A DNA stretch of 30,042 bases from a virus (lineage: Duplodnaviria > Caudoviricetes). The notes under the pieces are model-generated. The model made no database searches. It saw only the letters and a list, made by a program, of their open reading frames with translations, and was not told the DNA's origin. Shown here in pieces: positions 1-10,138 of the stretch; position 1 is the first letter of the stretch, and each line of letters starts with the position of its first letter. A program made the position numbers and the translations under genes. The DNA is taken from the IMG/VR virus record IMGVR_UViG_3300030207_001809, positions 1-30,042 of that record; one strand, 5' to 3'.

Positions 1-100
1 GGAGAGTATGTTGATATAGAGGAGCTATCAAGAGAGCCATATAAAAACTTAAATAAAATAATGAGTATTTTATATCGCCCAATAGTAAAAGATAATGGTA
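1..100 (+). repeat. Terminal direct repeat copy 1 (assembly circularity overlap)
   Basis: Identical to 29943-30042 except position 99 (T) vs 30041 (C). Confidence 0.97.
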
Positions 101-309
101 CAAGATACTCAATAGAAGAATATAAAGCTGATGATGAGATTTGGGAGGAGTTTAATGAATTTCCAATGTTAGCCGCTTATTCAGCCTTAGAGTTTTTTTT
201 TTGTTTAAGCAAAACACTACCAAGCAATTTAAACAAATATTTGAGGCAAGAAGTGAGGGAGAATTGGAACAAGAGACACGAACGCTTGAGAGTAAATGGG
301 GTTGGTTAA
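1..309 (+). CDS. 3' part of tail assembly chaperone (gpG-like); gene starts at 29625 and crosses the origin, about 208 aa in total
   Basis: Frame is continuous across the circular junction (…TISLGEYVDIEELSREPYKNLNKIMSILYRP…); T10 slippery run near the end. Confidence 0.75.
   Translation, partial: GEYVDIEELSREPYKNLNKIMSILYRPIVKDNGTRYSIEEYKADDEIWEEFNEFPMLAAYSALEFFFCLSKTLPSNLNKYLRQEVRENWNKRHERLRVNGVG
193..202 (+). other. Putative programmed -1 frameshift site (T10)
   Basis: GAG TTT TTT TTT TGT; the -1 frame is open to 452. Confidence 0.7.
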
Positions 310-452
310 ATATTGTTTTTTCGCTATGTAATGGCGATATACTAAATGTAGATAAAGTAACAAAACTAAAGCTATACACTGTACTGACTTATATGTGTTA
401 TACACAAGATAAGCAATCGGAGGGCAATAGTAATTATAATAATTTTAAATAA
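201..452 (+). CDS. Frameshift extension of the tail assembly chaperone (gpT-like)
   Basis: Lies in the -1 frame, starts inside the T10 run with only a TTG, contains KWGW…GD and ends in a TAATG overlap with the next gene. Confidence 0.7.
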   Translation: MFKQNTTKQFKQIFEARSEGELEQETRTLESKWGWLNIVFSLCNGDILNVDKVTKLKLYTVLTYMCYTQDKQSEGNSNYNNFK

Positions 453-964
453 TGGTAACATATAAAGAAATTACTGATATACTTAAAACAATAGCTACTA
501 ATCATTTTTTAATAAATTCATTTCATAATGGATTATTAGATGAGGTAGATATAGAAAAAATGGATAGTTCTAATTTTCCAATATTGTACGCTGAGCCTAC
601 TAATGCTAATATAGATACAGGCGTATTAACATATACTTTTAACATATATATAATAAATCAATTAAAAGAAGATTTAACAAATAGAGATACAGTTTGGAGT
701 AATACCTTAGAAATATTACAAGATGTAGTAGCAGAATTTAAACAAAACATATCTACTCAAACATCAGGAGGAGATAGTGGTAAAAAATATAGCTATGTAC
801 CTAATGAAGTAGTATTACAACTTCCCATAAGTCTAACACCTTTTACCGCCCGATTTGCCAACATTTTAACAGGTTGGGAGGCTACAGTAAGTTTAGATGT
901 AAATAATACTAACAATCTTTGTAATGCTCCTGTAGAGCCATCAGATTATAACCCAAGTACTTAA
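452..964 (+). CDS. Putative tail terminator/completion protein
   Basis: 170 aa, beta-rich pattern (FPILYAEP, YTFNIYI, GWEATVSL), tail module context. Confidence 0.55.
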   Translation: MVTYKEITDILKTIATNHFLINSFHNGLLDEVDIEKMDSSNFPILYAEPTNANIDTGVLTYTFNIYIINQLKEDLTNRDTVWSNTLEILQDVVAEFKQNISTQTSGGDSGKKYSYVPNEVVLQLPISLTPFTARFANILTGWEATVSLDVNNTNNLCNAPVEPSDYNPST

Positions 965-968
965 AGTT

Positions 969-1592
969 ATGATGTATTTATTTTTTAGAGAGCCAACAGG
1001 AAAGATACTTAAAGTACCAAATAATTACTCAGTAGCTGATATTACAAAATTTGGTACAAATGTAGTAGCTAAAGGTAAAGCGATATTAAGTAAATATAGA
1101 GGAGGCTACAAGGCTACAGGTACATTATTAAATAATTACTCTTTTAGTTCAAAGTTTACAAAAAATGGAGCTGTAATATCTCTTAACTTTGGAGCGGCTG
1201 GTTTATATTGGAGATTTATAAATGAGGGAGTAAGAGGAGCTGGTGGTCATACAGGTAGCGGTAGATTAAGGGGGGTTGGTAGTAAGTTTAGTTTTAAGCC
1301 TAATGGTAAAATGCCTCCTACTAACGCTATAAAAAGATGGATAACTGTAAAAGGTATATCTCCAAAAACAGGGCAAACTATTGACAGTATGGCTTATGGT
1401 ATGGCTACAGAAATTAAAAGGAGAGGGTTGTATAGAACTCAATTTGTAGATAAACCTATAAAGAGCGAATACAAAAAAATACCAGACACTTTAGTAGAAG
1501 CTATGGCTATAGATATAGATACGCTTTTAGAGAAGTTACCCGATCCAATAATTAGGGTTGATTTGAAAGGAATAGATTTTACAACAGGATAA
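969..1592 (+). CDS. Putative neck/tail completion protein (HK97 gp10/lambda gpZ-like)
   Basis: Basic protein with TGTL, YWRFINEG, MPP..AIKRW and EIKRRG motifs. Confidence 0.55.
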   Translation: MMYLFFREPTGKILKVPNNYSVADITKFGTNVVAKGKAILSKYRGGYKATGTLLNNYSFSSKFTKNGAVISLNFGAAGLYWRFINEGVRGAGGHTGSGRLRGVGSKFSFKPNGKMPPTNAIKRWITVKGISPKTGQTIDSMAYGMATEIKRRGLYRTQFVDKPIKSEYKKIPDTLVEAMAIDIDTLLEKLPDPIIRVDLKGIDFTTG

Positions 1593-1602
1593 AAAAATAA
1601 AT

Positions 1603-3066
1603 ATGTCAACAACAATTACACAAAAACCTAATAAATTAGTAGCGGCTAATAGTCCTATGGTATTTATAATATCTGAAAGCGTACCAGCTACTTATAACGC
1701 TTTTAAGTTTAGATATATAGCTCAAGTGTTTATAGATGGGGTAGAAAAATCAAGATTAAAAATACCTAAGAACGCTTCAAATGTTGCTATAGTAGATATA
1801 TCTCATATAGTTAGGAGCTATGTAGAAACACAGGAATCTAATGTAGGAGATATAGGAACAGATACAGCTAATGGCTCTATACATGAGCTTGGCGTAAGCA
1901 TACCAGCTAATCTATATTCACAAAATACTAATCAACTTGTAAAGGTAGAGGTTAAAGCTGGTTTTGAAAAAGCTGATACCGCCTTATTAGCTCCTACTGA
2001 AACACTAAACCAAGATAACGATACTATATACGCTATACCTGCGACTACTCCATATACAAAAACAGCTACTAATGTAGGAGGTTTAGATATAAGTGGAACT
2101 AATAATCCTTTAAAGTTTTTTGAAAACAACTCTACTAACGAGGAGCTATATAGCGTATTTACTAACGCTCCTAATGTTCAGTATGTTAGAGGTGGTAGCT
2201 CAACATCTGACAACAAAGATTTACTAACTATTTGCTTTAAGCAAGGGGATAGCGGAGCGAGTAGTTTATTGGATTTTGGAGATGATATAACTGATTTTAT
2301 AGTAAAGTATTATAATGCCTCTAATAGTGCCTTAAACTCAGTTACTGTAACTTGTAACGCCACAAATGGAGGGAGTACTCCAGCTCTCGCAAACACCACA
2401 GAAGAATCTATATTATATTTTGGTTGTGGCACAAGGAATTTTGAGCAACAAACTATAGATGATGACTTAAAGCCATCTGATTCAGGTAACAATGGTTGGG
2501 CGTATTATGTTGTAACAGGGCGTAACTCAAGCGGGGATAATTGTACTAAAAACTATTATTTTTTAAGATATGGAGCTATACAAGATGGCTTACCAGCTAT
2601 TGGTAGTACATTTACACAATTTAATATAAGGAATACAAGTTGCACAAAATACCCTAATATTAGGTTAGCTTGGCGTAATAGGTTAGGAGCTTGGGATTAC
2701 ATGAATTTTAGAGGAAAAAGTATTAACACTTTAAATATACAAGGGCAAGAGATGGAATCAGTACCCGGAACTTGGGATAGTGCTACTTACAATTATGAGA
2801 ATTACGATCGGGGTAAAAAGTCTTTATTTAAAACAGCTGATAAACAAATAAGCGTAACATCTGACTTTTTAACTGAGGAAGAATCTATCTGGCTTGAAGA
2901 ATTATTTACATCTATTAACATACAATTAATAGATGATAACGATATAGTATATCCTGTGGTAATAAGAGAAAGGAGTTATACTGTTAAAACTACTGTAAAT
3001 GATAAACAATTAATACAATATCAATTTACATTAAACTACTCTAACCCAATAAGAACTAATAGCTAA
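1603..3066 (+). CDS. Virion tail structural protein (distal tail-like)
   Basis: 487 aa, Thr/Asn-rich beta protein, C-terminal WRNRLGAWDYMNF domain, precedes the tail-tip gene. Confidence 0.55.
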   Translation: MSTTITQKPNKLVAANSPMVFIISESVPATYNAFKFRYIAQVFIDGVEKSRLKIPKNASNVAIVDISHIVRSYVETQESNVGDIGTDTANGSIHELGVSIPANLYSQNTNQLVKVEVKAGFEKADTALLAPTETLNQDNDTIYAIPATTPYTKTATNVGGLDISGTNNPLKFFENNSTNEELYSVFTNAPNVQYVRGGSSTSDNKDLLTICFKQGDSGASSLLDFGDDITDFIVKYYNASNSALNSVTVTCNATNGGSTPALANTTEESILYFGCGTRNFEQQTIDDDLKPSDSGNNGWAYYVVTGRNSSGDNCTKNYYFLRYGAIQDGLPAIGSTFTQFNIRNTSCTKYPNIRLAWRNRLGAWDYMNFRGKSINTLNIQGQEMESVPGTWDSATYNYENYDRGKKSLFKTADKQISVTSDFLTEEESIWLEELFTSINIQLIDDNDIVYPVVIRERSYTVKTTVNDKQLIQYQFTLNYSNPIRTNS

Positions 3067-3068
3067 AA

Positions 3069-6000
3069 ATGAAAGTAAGATTAGTAGCATATCGTAGAGA
3101 AACCACAACAGATGATTTATCTAACTTAACACAGTTTGAGTTAGATTTACAATCAGCTCCTCAAATATTCGCTAACTATAATTGGTTAGATATTAAAGAG
3201 CCTGATAAAAGAAAATCAAGTTTTAGTCAAACAATTAAAATACCTTTTACTGAAAGGAATAATAAATTTTTTGAGAGTTGGTTTGATGTGAATAGTGATA
3301 TATTAGTATTTGACGCATACAAAAAATTCCCAGCTATTATATTTGTAGATAGCGTACCACAACTACAAGGGTTTTTACAGTTAAAGTCTATATATGTAAA
3401 TGCGAGAATGTATGAGGTTGTAGTATTTGGTAATTCAGCTGATTTATTTAGTGATGTAAAAGGCAAGTATTTAGAAGATGTATTTACAACAGAATTAGAG
3501 GGTACTCCGGGAACTTTTGTAACAGATACAAGTTTAGACCACACGCTAACAAGAGAGAATGTTATAAACAGTTGGCAAAATGGACTAACTACTATAAATA
3601 GCGTACAAGATAAAGATGTAATGTACCCTGTAATAGATTATGGGCATACTACAAATCCTTTTAGTACAGGTATGTTTAGTAGCTTTTCAGGTTTACAAGA
3701 TATAATAGATGATAATGTTATAACAGGTTTTAATTGGTCTAATATTACTCAATTATTTGGTACGCTTACTCCAAGATTATTAAAACCAGCTATACGATTA
3801 CAAAGGCTTATATATATGTTATGCTCTAAGGCTGGTTATAGTATAAATAGTACATTTTTAGGAATTAATGGAGATGTTTTAGCTGATGATGTTGATTTTC
3901 ATAAAATATTCATGACTTGTGCTACTGAAAGTACTTATGTTAAAACTACGCCTATAGAGGCTTTTCAGGCGGTAGGAGCAGCAAGTCAAAATATAGATTC
4001 TTGTACAGGAGAAGATTGCTTAACCACAATACCTTTTACTTCAACTAATTATAATGGAGCGAGTTATTTTATCTTAAATCCCGGCACAGATGTACCCGGT
4101 AATGGATCGGCTTTTTTTATTCCTAATTATGGTAATAATGGAGAGGGTTTAGCTTTTGGTAATCAAGTAGTATTATATGATATATCTTTATCTATAGGCT
4201 GTCCAGCTAATGAGAATGATGGTACGCCTTTAAATAATTGGCAAGTACAACTCGCTATTTATACTGTTTATCAGAATGGTACATCGGCTTTTTTATCGCC
4301 TCAAACTTACGCCTTTAATACCAATAACACAGCTTCAACAGTAAACATCTCATATACTCCTAATGTGCAAACATCTCCCGGCTCATATAACTATTTATCT
4401 ATATGGTTTTCAGCTTCAAGTACTACTACTTTTACAGTTCAGAATCCTGAATGGACTTTAGTTAATAATGGCTCAGGGTTTTATTCTGATGGTTTTGAAA
4501 ATGGAACTGTAACAATGAGGGCAAATATGCCTAAAATAACTCAGGTAGATTTTTTAAAAGATATTGTAACAAGATATAATTTAGTAGTTTTAAATGACCC
4601 AAATAATCCCACACAACTTACTATAGAGCCTTATCAAGATTATATAGCTACAGGAAGTACCCAATATTGGACTGACAAACTTGATATATCTAAAGAGGCT
4701 GTAATAAAAACAACAGCCGAGCTACAAAATAGAACTCTCTTACTAACTGACCAAGAGGGTAATGATATGATAAACGAAAGATACCAAAATACTTATAATA
4801 GAGTATATGGTAGTATAGAGGTTAAAAATAGAAATGATTTTGCTCAAAACGATTTTAAAAATAGTAGCGTATTTTCTCCCTTTGTAGTTCATGGTATGCC
4901 AGACGCGAGTATTTTTGGCGTATTAGGTGGCGTTTCATCTTGGACAAAAATACCTATACACTACGCTGGGTATGTTAATGATAATGGAGAGTGGTCTGCG
5001 AGAAGTTCACAAAAACCCTCTTTATTTTATTATAGTGGAACTCCCTCTACCTTTGCTGGTTATGATGGTTTTAATGGCGTAGCTTGGGATTGGGCATTAA
5101 CACAGGCTGACTATGGTATAACTAATTTCTCTTGGGGTTATTCAGATGTATCGTCAATATTAGGCTATCAAGGATTCCCATTATGTTTACCTTATAATAT
5201 AGAAAGTGGAGATACTACAAACCCTTTAGATTCAGATAATCCTTTATTAACTACTAATAATATGTTATTTTGGACTTGGTATAGTGCTACATTTTACCCA
5301 TCTGGTTTTTTTGGTATTTGGGGAGGTAATGTATTTGGAGAAAATGTAACTCAAAATGGATATTATAATAGATTTTGGAGGCAATATATAAACGAGGTTT
5401 ATGATAATGAGGCTCGTATGATGGAATGTTATGTCAATTTATCTCCCGGAGATATATTTGAATTTGAGGCTAACGCTTTTAAAAATCCTGTATATATAAA
5501 GAATACTTTATGGAGGGTTTTGAAAATACAAAAACACTTAATAGGGGGTAACGAAAGTACAAAAGTAACACTATTAAAAGTATTAGAAAAAACTAATTAC
5601 GATTGTTATTTAAGTCCTACAAATTTTACTCCAGCTGGTAAAATACAATACACAGCCTCAGATGGCTCTTTAACATTTACAACTACTAATACTTGTTGTG
5701 AGGATTTAAATGAGAATTGGACTTTTGAAGAAACTAACGCAAGTACAGGAGAGGGTAACTGTTGGCATAATCAAGATTCTGTATCAATAGGAGGCGGAGA
5801 TGGTACTGATGTAGACCCAACTGTACCTCAACCTATGCCTATACTACCTCAATTACCTAATACACAAACTAACTTTATAGGTGTAGATGGATTAAATCAA
5901 AAATTCCAAAACATAGTATATAATTTAGAATCCTCTACAGATGATAACTCTACGCCAAATTACTTTACTGTTATGGGTAGTAGACCATTTGTATTACAAG

Positions 6001-6407
6001 TACCGGTAAATTATTTAATAACAATGAGAGTTGAGGTTACAGGGGAAATAGTTAAAGGCTCTAACATGGGTAAAGTTGGATTTTTTGAGGTATATGGTAT
6101 ATGTAAAAACAATAGCGGGGTATTAAGTCATTTAGGAACAACAGGAGGGGATTTAATAAGAGAGCAAAAAGATACAGGATTTGCTACTCCAACTTTTAGA
6201 GTTAATGTTTTAGAAAGCTCTACCAATGTTTTAAATCTAAAAATAATTGGAGGAGATTCTCAATCGTATCAATTTAAAGCAAAGGTAAGCGTAACAGCTA
6301 AACAGATTAGAGGTAACACAAAACAGCTCTCAATACCCGATCAGGCTATTTACCAAAATTCAGATTTTATTATGTATCAAAATGGAGGATTATTATTATG
6401 GAATTAA
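3069..6407 (+). CDS. Large tail tip/baseplate hub protein
   Basis: 1112 aa; N-terminal SSFSQTIKIP..NNKFF and YPVIDYG motifs; Cys-rich segment, Pro-rich linker and C-terminal beta domain. Confidence 0.65.
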   Translation: MKVRLVAYRRETTTDDLSNLTQFELDLQSAPQIFANYNWLDIKEPDKRKSSFSQTIKIPFTERNNKFFESWFDVNSDILVFDAYKKFPAIIFVDSVPQLQGFLQLKSIYVNARMYEVVVFGNSADLFSDVKGKYLEDVFTTELEGTPGTFVTDTSLDHTLTRENVINSWQNGLTTINSVQDKDVMYPVIDYGHTTNPFSTGMFSSFSGLQDIIDDNVITGFNWSNITQLFGTLTPRLLKPAIRLQRLIYMLCSKAGYSINSTFLGINGDVLADDVDFHKIFMTCATESTYVKTTPIEAFQAVGAASQNIDSCTGEDCLTTIPFTSTNYNGASYFILNPGTDVPGNGSAFFIPNYGNNGEGLAFGNQVVLYDISLSIGCPANENDGTPLNNWQVQLAIYTVYQNGTSAFLSPQTYAFNTNNTASTVNISYTPNVQTSPGSYNYLSIWFSASSTTTFTVQNPEWTLVNNGSGFYSDGFENGTVTMRANMPKITQVDFLKDIVTRYNLVVLNDPNNPTQLTIEPYQDYIATGSTQYWTDKLDISKEAVIKTTAELQNRTLLLTDQEGNDMINERYQNTYNRVYGSIEVKNRNDFAQNDFKNSSVFSPFVVHGMPDASIFGVLGGVSSWTKIPIHYAGYVNDNGEWSARSSQKPSLFYYSGTPSTFAGYDGFNGVAWDWALTQADYGITNFSWGYSDVSSILGYQGFPLCLPYNIESGDTTNPLDSDNPLLTTNNMLFWTWYSATFYPSGFFGIWGGNVFGENVTQNGYYNRFWRQYINEVYDNEARMMECYVNLSPGDIFEFEANAFKNPVYIKNTLWRVLKIQKHLIGGNESTKVTLLKVLEKTNYDCYLSPTNFTPAGKIQYTASDGSLTFTTTNTCCEDLNENWTFEETNASTGEGNCWHNQDSVSIGGGDGTDVDPTVPQPMPILPQLPNTQTNFIGVDGLNQKFQNIVYNLESSTDDNSTPNYFTVMGSRPFVLQVPVNYLITMRVEVTGEIVKGSNMGKVGFFEVYGICKNNSGVLSHLGTTGGDLIREQKDTGFATPTFRVNVLESSTNVLNLKIIGGDSQSYQFKAKVSVTAKQIRGNTKQLSIPDQAIYQNSDFIMYQNGGLLLWN

Positions 6408-6580
6408 AACTAAAATTAATGGGTATGTTTATACCAAAAGTACTACAAGTAGTAACTAAAATTGAGTTATCTGGCAAAGAGTTTGATTTTGTTTATGGTA
6501 TAGATGAATATAGTAAAGATTATAAAACTTTAAAAAAACAATTTAAAAGATTATTGGCATGTCAATCACAAGAGAAATAA
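6398..6580 (+). CDS. Small hypothetical protein
   Basis: 60 aa ORF overlapping both neighbours and filling the gap between them. Confidence 0.55.
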   Translation: MELKLKLMGMFIPKVLQVVTKIELSGKEFDFVYGIDEYSKDYKTLKKQFKRLLACQSQEK

Positions 6581-9042
6581 TATTAAAAGTAGATAGTAAA
6601 CAAGCTCAAAAAGGCTTAGATGATACATCAAAGTCTTTAAGTAAAGTAGGTAAAGAATCTAAAAAAACAGGTAGTAGCTTTGGGGGTATGGGTAAGGCTT
6701 TAAAGGGAGTTGGTATAGGTGTAGCTATTGGAGGATTTGCTATGTTATTTGACGCCTTTAGAAACAACCAAAAAGCCTCTGACTTATTTGCTCGGGTAAT
6801 GGTAAGGGTAAATCAAGTAGTAAGTTTTTTTGTAGATATATTAATAGGAGCTTTAGAAGTTGTAGATACTCTTACATTAGGTTTATTTAATTTATCTGGA
6901 GCGGCTGATACAGGAACTCAAGCTCTTATAAATCAAAGAAATGCTGTAGAGTTATTAAGCGCAGAATTAGAGGGAACAAAATTACAATATCAAACTTTAG
7001 CAGAAACACAAAGACAATTAAGAGATGATGAGACAGCTTCATTTGATGATAGAATAGCGGCTAATGAAGAATTAGGTAGAATATTACAAGAGCAATTAGA
7101 AGTAGAAAAAGAGGGCGTAATGGAAATCATCAAACTAAGAGAGATGGAGTTAGATTATGATTCTGATAATGTACAAAAGAAAAAAGAGCTAATAGAGGCT
7201 CAAAATATGTTATTAGAAATAGAGGAAAGAGTAAACAGCCAAAGATCGGAGCAACTAACCAACGAGAAGTCTTTAATTAGAGAAAGAGACCAAGTTAGGA
7301 AAGAGGCTTATGAGAAAGAGATGGAAAGGGTAAAGAAAGAGAAAGAAGAAAAACAGGAGTTATTTGACGCTATATCTCAAAACTTAGAAGATGAAAAAGA
7401 ATCTTTATCTATCTTAGAGCAATTAGAACAAGCTGAAAAAGATTACCAAGCGGCTTTATTAAAGACAAATCAAACAGTAACAGGTACAAGAATACAAAGT
7501 ACTGAGGAAATGATTAGGCTACAAGAGGAATTAAACTACTTACAAGACCCAAATAATGTACAAAAATTTTATGATGAAAGAGGTAGAGAGGAGATGTCAG
7601 AATATTTAAAAGGTAATAAGGAGGTAAATAAACATGTCGAAAAATTAATGCAAAAGTTTGAGGGAGCTTTTAATATAAATTTCTTTGATGACCAAGATTA
7701 TGAGTATCACTTTGACGAAATTAAAAAAGTATTTAGAGAAGTTCAGCAGTTACATAAATATATAAATGAAAGGGGAGATATGACTGAGCAAGAAATAGGT
7801 AAAGTACTATCAAGATTTGGTTATCAGGCGGCAAGTGGTAAGTTTTTGGTTAGCGTACAGTTACAGCGTACAGTACAGGAAATGTTTGCAACTTATGAGG
7901 AGGACGCTATACACTTTTACGACGCAATTTTAGACGCCAGATATGATTTTGAAACTAAATCTATGGAGAGTACTGAGAGAACTATGAAAGAGGAGGCGGC
8001 TTTAATTATTGCCGCTTTGGAAGAACAAGATAAAATAGTAACTAATCATAATCAACAAGTAACAAATAATGAGGGAGCTGTACAAACTGAAAGAGAAGAT
8101 TTATTAGAAGAATACAATAGGACAGTTTCAGGATTATATGCTGTAGCTGAGGAAAAAGTAAGATTGTTTAGGCGTGATTCTATGTCAGTAGAGATAGAGG
8201 ATATTATGGAACAATATAAAGAAATTTTTAAGTTAGCTGAGCATAACGCCGAATTGACAGAGGCTCTTACAGAAGAAAGAGAGAATGCTGTGGCTGAAAT
8301 AATTAGGAAATACGCTGAGGAGGAGGAAAGAATTGAAGAAGAAAAACTACAAAGGGAGGCTGATTTAAGAGAAAGGGATTTACAAAAAAGAATAGAGTTT
8401 GCTGAATACACAAGAAATACAGATAAAAGTGAGGCTGAATTAAAATTAGAGGAAGATTTATTAACAGAAGAAAATAGATTTAAAGAGCTATACGCTCAAT
8501 ACGAGGGTAACTACGAAAAACAAGAACAATTATTAGAGGCTCATGAAAAAAGGAAAGAGGATATAACTAAAAGATATATTAAAGCTGAGCGACAAATGAA
8601 ATTAGACGCGTTTCAACAAATAGCGGGAGACGCTAAAGATTTATTTGAGCAAGAGGCGGCGGCTTACAAACACTTGGCGGCTGCCGAAACTATTATAGCT
8701 ACTTATTCAGCCGCAACTAAGGCTATGGATTTTTGGAAAGGTAGCCCTATAGGAATAGCTCAAGCCTCAGTAATCGCTCTTTTAGGAGCTAAAAACTTAG
8801 CTAAAATATATGCGGTAGATACAGGAGATGGTGGTGGTAGTGGTAGTAATGGAGGTATAAGTGCAAGTGGTGGAGGTGGAGGTGGAGCGTTTAATCCAAT
8901 AGGAGGAACAGTATCTACGCCTTTAAATGTGTTTGGTGGAGGAGAAAGTAACTTCCCTCCTGTTCAGGCTTATGTTGTAGAAAATGAAATAACAAACTCA
9001 CAAGCTCTACAAAATGAATTAGACTTACAAGCTACCTTGTAA
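6559..9042 (+). CDS. Tail tape measure protein
   Basis: 827 aa; long E/K/Q coiled coil flanked by Ala/Gly hydrophobic helices; Gly-rich linker; VQAYVV C-terminus. Confidence 0.8.
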   Translation: MSITREIILKVDSKQAQKGLDDTSKSLSKVGKESKKTGSSFGGMGKALKGVGIGVAIGGFAMLFDAFRNNQKASDLFARVMVRVNQVVSFFVDILIGALEVVDTLTLGLFNLSGAADTGTQALINQRNAVELLSAELEGTKLQYQTLAETQRQLRDDETASFDDRIAANEELGRILQEQLEVEKEGVMEIIKLREMELDYDSDNVQKKKELIEAQNMLLEIEERVNSQRSEQLTNEKSLIRERDQVRKEAYEKEMERVKKEKEEKQELFDAISQNLEDEKESLSILEQLEQAEKDYQAALLKTNQTVTGTRIQSTEEMIRLQEELNYLQDPNNVQKFYDERGREEMSEYLKGNKEVNKHVEKLMQKFEGAFNINFFDDQDYEYHFDEIKKVFREVQQLHKYINERGDMTEQEIGKVLSRFGYQAASGKFLVSVQLQRTVQEMFATYEEDAIHFYDAILDARYDFETKSMESTERTMKEEAALIIAALEEQDKIVTNHNQQVTNNEGAVQTEREDLLEEYNRTVSGLYAVAEEKVRLFRRDSMSVEIEDIMEQYKEIFKLAEHNAELTEALTEERENAVAEIIRKYAEEEERIEEEKLQREADLRERDLQKRIEFAEYTRNTDKSEAELKLEEDLLTEENRFKELYAQYEGNYEKQEQLLEAHEKRKEDITKRYIKAERQMKLDAFQQIAGDAKDLFEQEAAAYKHLAAAETIIATYSAATKAMDFWKGSPIGIAQASVIALLGAKNLAKIYAVDTGDGGGSGSNGGISASGGGGGGAFNPIGGTVSTPLNVFGGGESNFPPVQAYVVENEITNSQALQNELDLQATL

Positions 9043-9066
9043 ACAATATTAACAATTTTATATATA
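9041..9066 (+). promoter_or_regulatory. Putative phage-sigma promoter copy (AAACAAT-N11-TATATATA)
   Basis: Same motif and spacing at 5 intergenic sites. Confidence 0.7.
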
Positions 9067-9074
9067 TAATTATA

Positions 9075-10088
9075 ATGGGAGAAAAAAATAAAAATAAAAA
9101 GAAAAAATTAGTAGAATTAGTAATAGACGAAAGAGCTGAAAGATTTGGAGTAGAGGCTATTAGCCTTGTCGAATTTCCAGCGATTGAATCGGATTGGGTT
9201 TTTTTCTCAAAAGACAATTTCTTATCGTTAGCAAAATTAGACGAAGAAAAAAAGACTTTGGTAGGAGCGGTACTTATTCCCGGTAAGGAGATACCTCGTT
9301 ACAATCAGGAGGAGGGCGAGGAGTACATAGTTTACTTTAGCGAAGAAACTATAAAAAAGGCTCAAGAGCTATTTATGAGCAATCTAAGAAACAATAACAC
9401 TACTTACGAACATAGAGAATCACTACAAGGATTAAGCGTTGTAGAGAGCTGGATTAAAGAAGATGAAAAATACGATAAATCCTCTCAATTTGGATTTAAA
9501 AATATGCCTCTTGGTACTTGGTTTGTAAAAATGAAAATTGACAATGAGGAAGTTTGGGAAAAAGTAAAGAATAAAGAAGTAAAAGGCTTTAGTATAGAGG
9601 GGTATTTTACCGATCGTTTGATAGAGGCTACTATGAATAAAACCAACTTTAAAAACTTAATAGATAAAATATCTGTTGTAGGAGCTTTAGATGGAGAGCC
9701 TTTATTTGCTACTAAAATTGAAGCTGAGGCATACGCTAAATTATTTAAGAATTGCGAGGGTTATCATGAGCATAAAGTAGAGGGAGTGATTAGATATATG
9801 GCTTGTACAGACCACTCACAAGCTACAGAAATGTATAAGAAAAAGAAAAAGAAAAAAAGATACACAAAAGAAGAAAGGTTAAATGATGAGGATTTGTTAG
9901 ATAGAATAAGAATGATAATAGCTAAAGATGAAAATGAGGAATACGCTTTAATGAAAGAGTATATAACTAAACAGGCTTTAGCTAAATACCCTTTTAGACA
10001 ATGTATCGCTGACATGAAAAAAAAATATGGTAAAAAATCAGCCGCCAAAATATGCTCAGCAATAAAAAGAGGTACAGTTAATAGGTAG
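9075..10088 (+). CDS. XkdF-type prohead serine protease with C-terminal accessory domains
   Basis: SLVEFPAIE, LVGAVLIP, FSEETI, VESWI, GTWFV and KGFSIEG motifs. Confidence 0.85.
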   Translation: MGEKNKNKKKKLVELVIDERAERFGVEAISLVEFPAIESDWVFFSKDNFLSLAKLDEEKKTLVGAVLIPGKEIPRYNQEEGEEYIVYFSEETIKKAQELFMSNLRNNNTTYEHRESLQGLSVVESWIKEDEKYDKSSQFGFKNMPLGTWFVKMKIDNEEVWEKVKNKEVKGFSIEGYFTDRLIEATMNKTNFKNLIDKISVVGALDGEPLFATKIEAEAYAKLFKNCEGYHEHKVEGVIRYMACTDHSQATEMYKKKKKKKRYTKEERLNDEDLLDRIRMIIAKDENEEYALMKEYITKQALAKYPFRQCIADMKKKYGKKSAAKICSAIKRGTVNR

Positions 10089-10094
10089 GCTGAA

Positions 10095-10120
10095 AAACAA
10101 TATTAAATAAATTATATATA
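10095..10120 (+). promoter_or_regulatory. Putative phage-sigma promoter copy (AAACAAT-N11-TATATATA)
   Basis: Motif upstream of the scaffold/capsid genes. Confidence 0.7.
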
Positions 10121-10138
10121 ACTATAAAATCATTTACA

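Noticed and set aside
61-309. Stand-alone 82-aa ORF starting at ATG 61
   Set aside because: It is the internal part of the gene that begins at 29625 across the circular junction
627-652. TAACAT-N12-TATATATA partial promoter match
   Set aside because: Upstream element mismatched and intragenic
8827-8887. GGT/GGA tandem low-complexity repeat
   Set aside because: Simply encodes the Gly-rich linker of the tape measure protein
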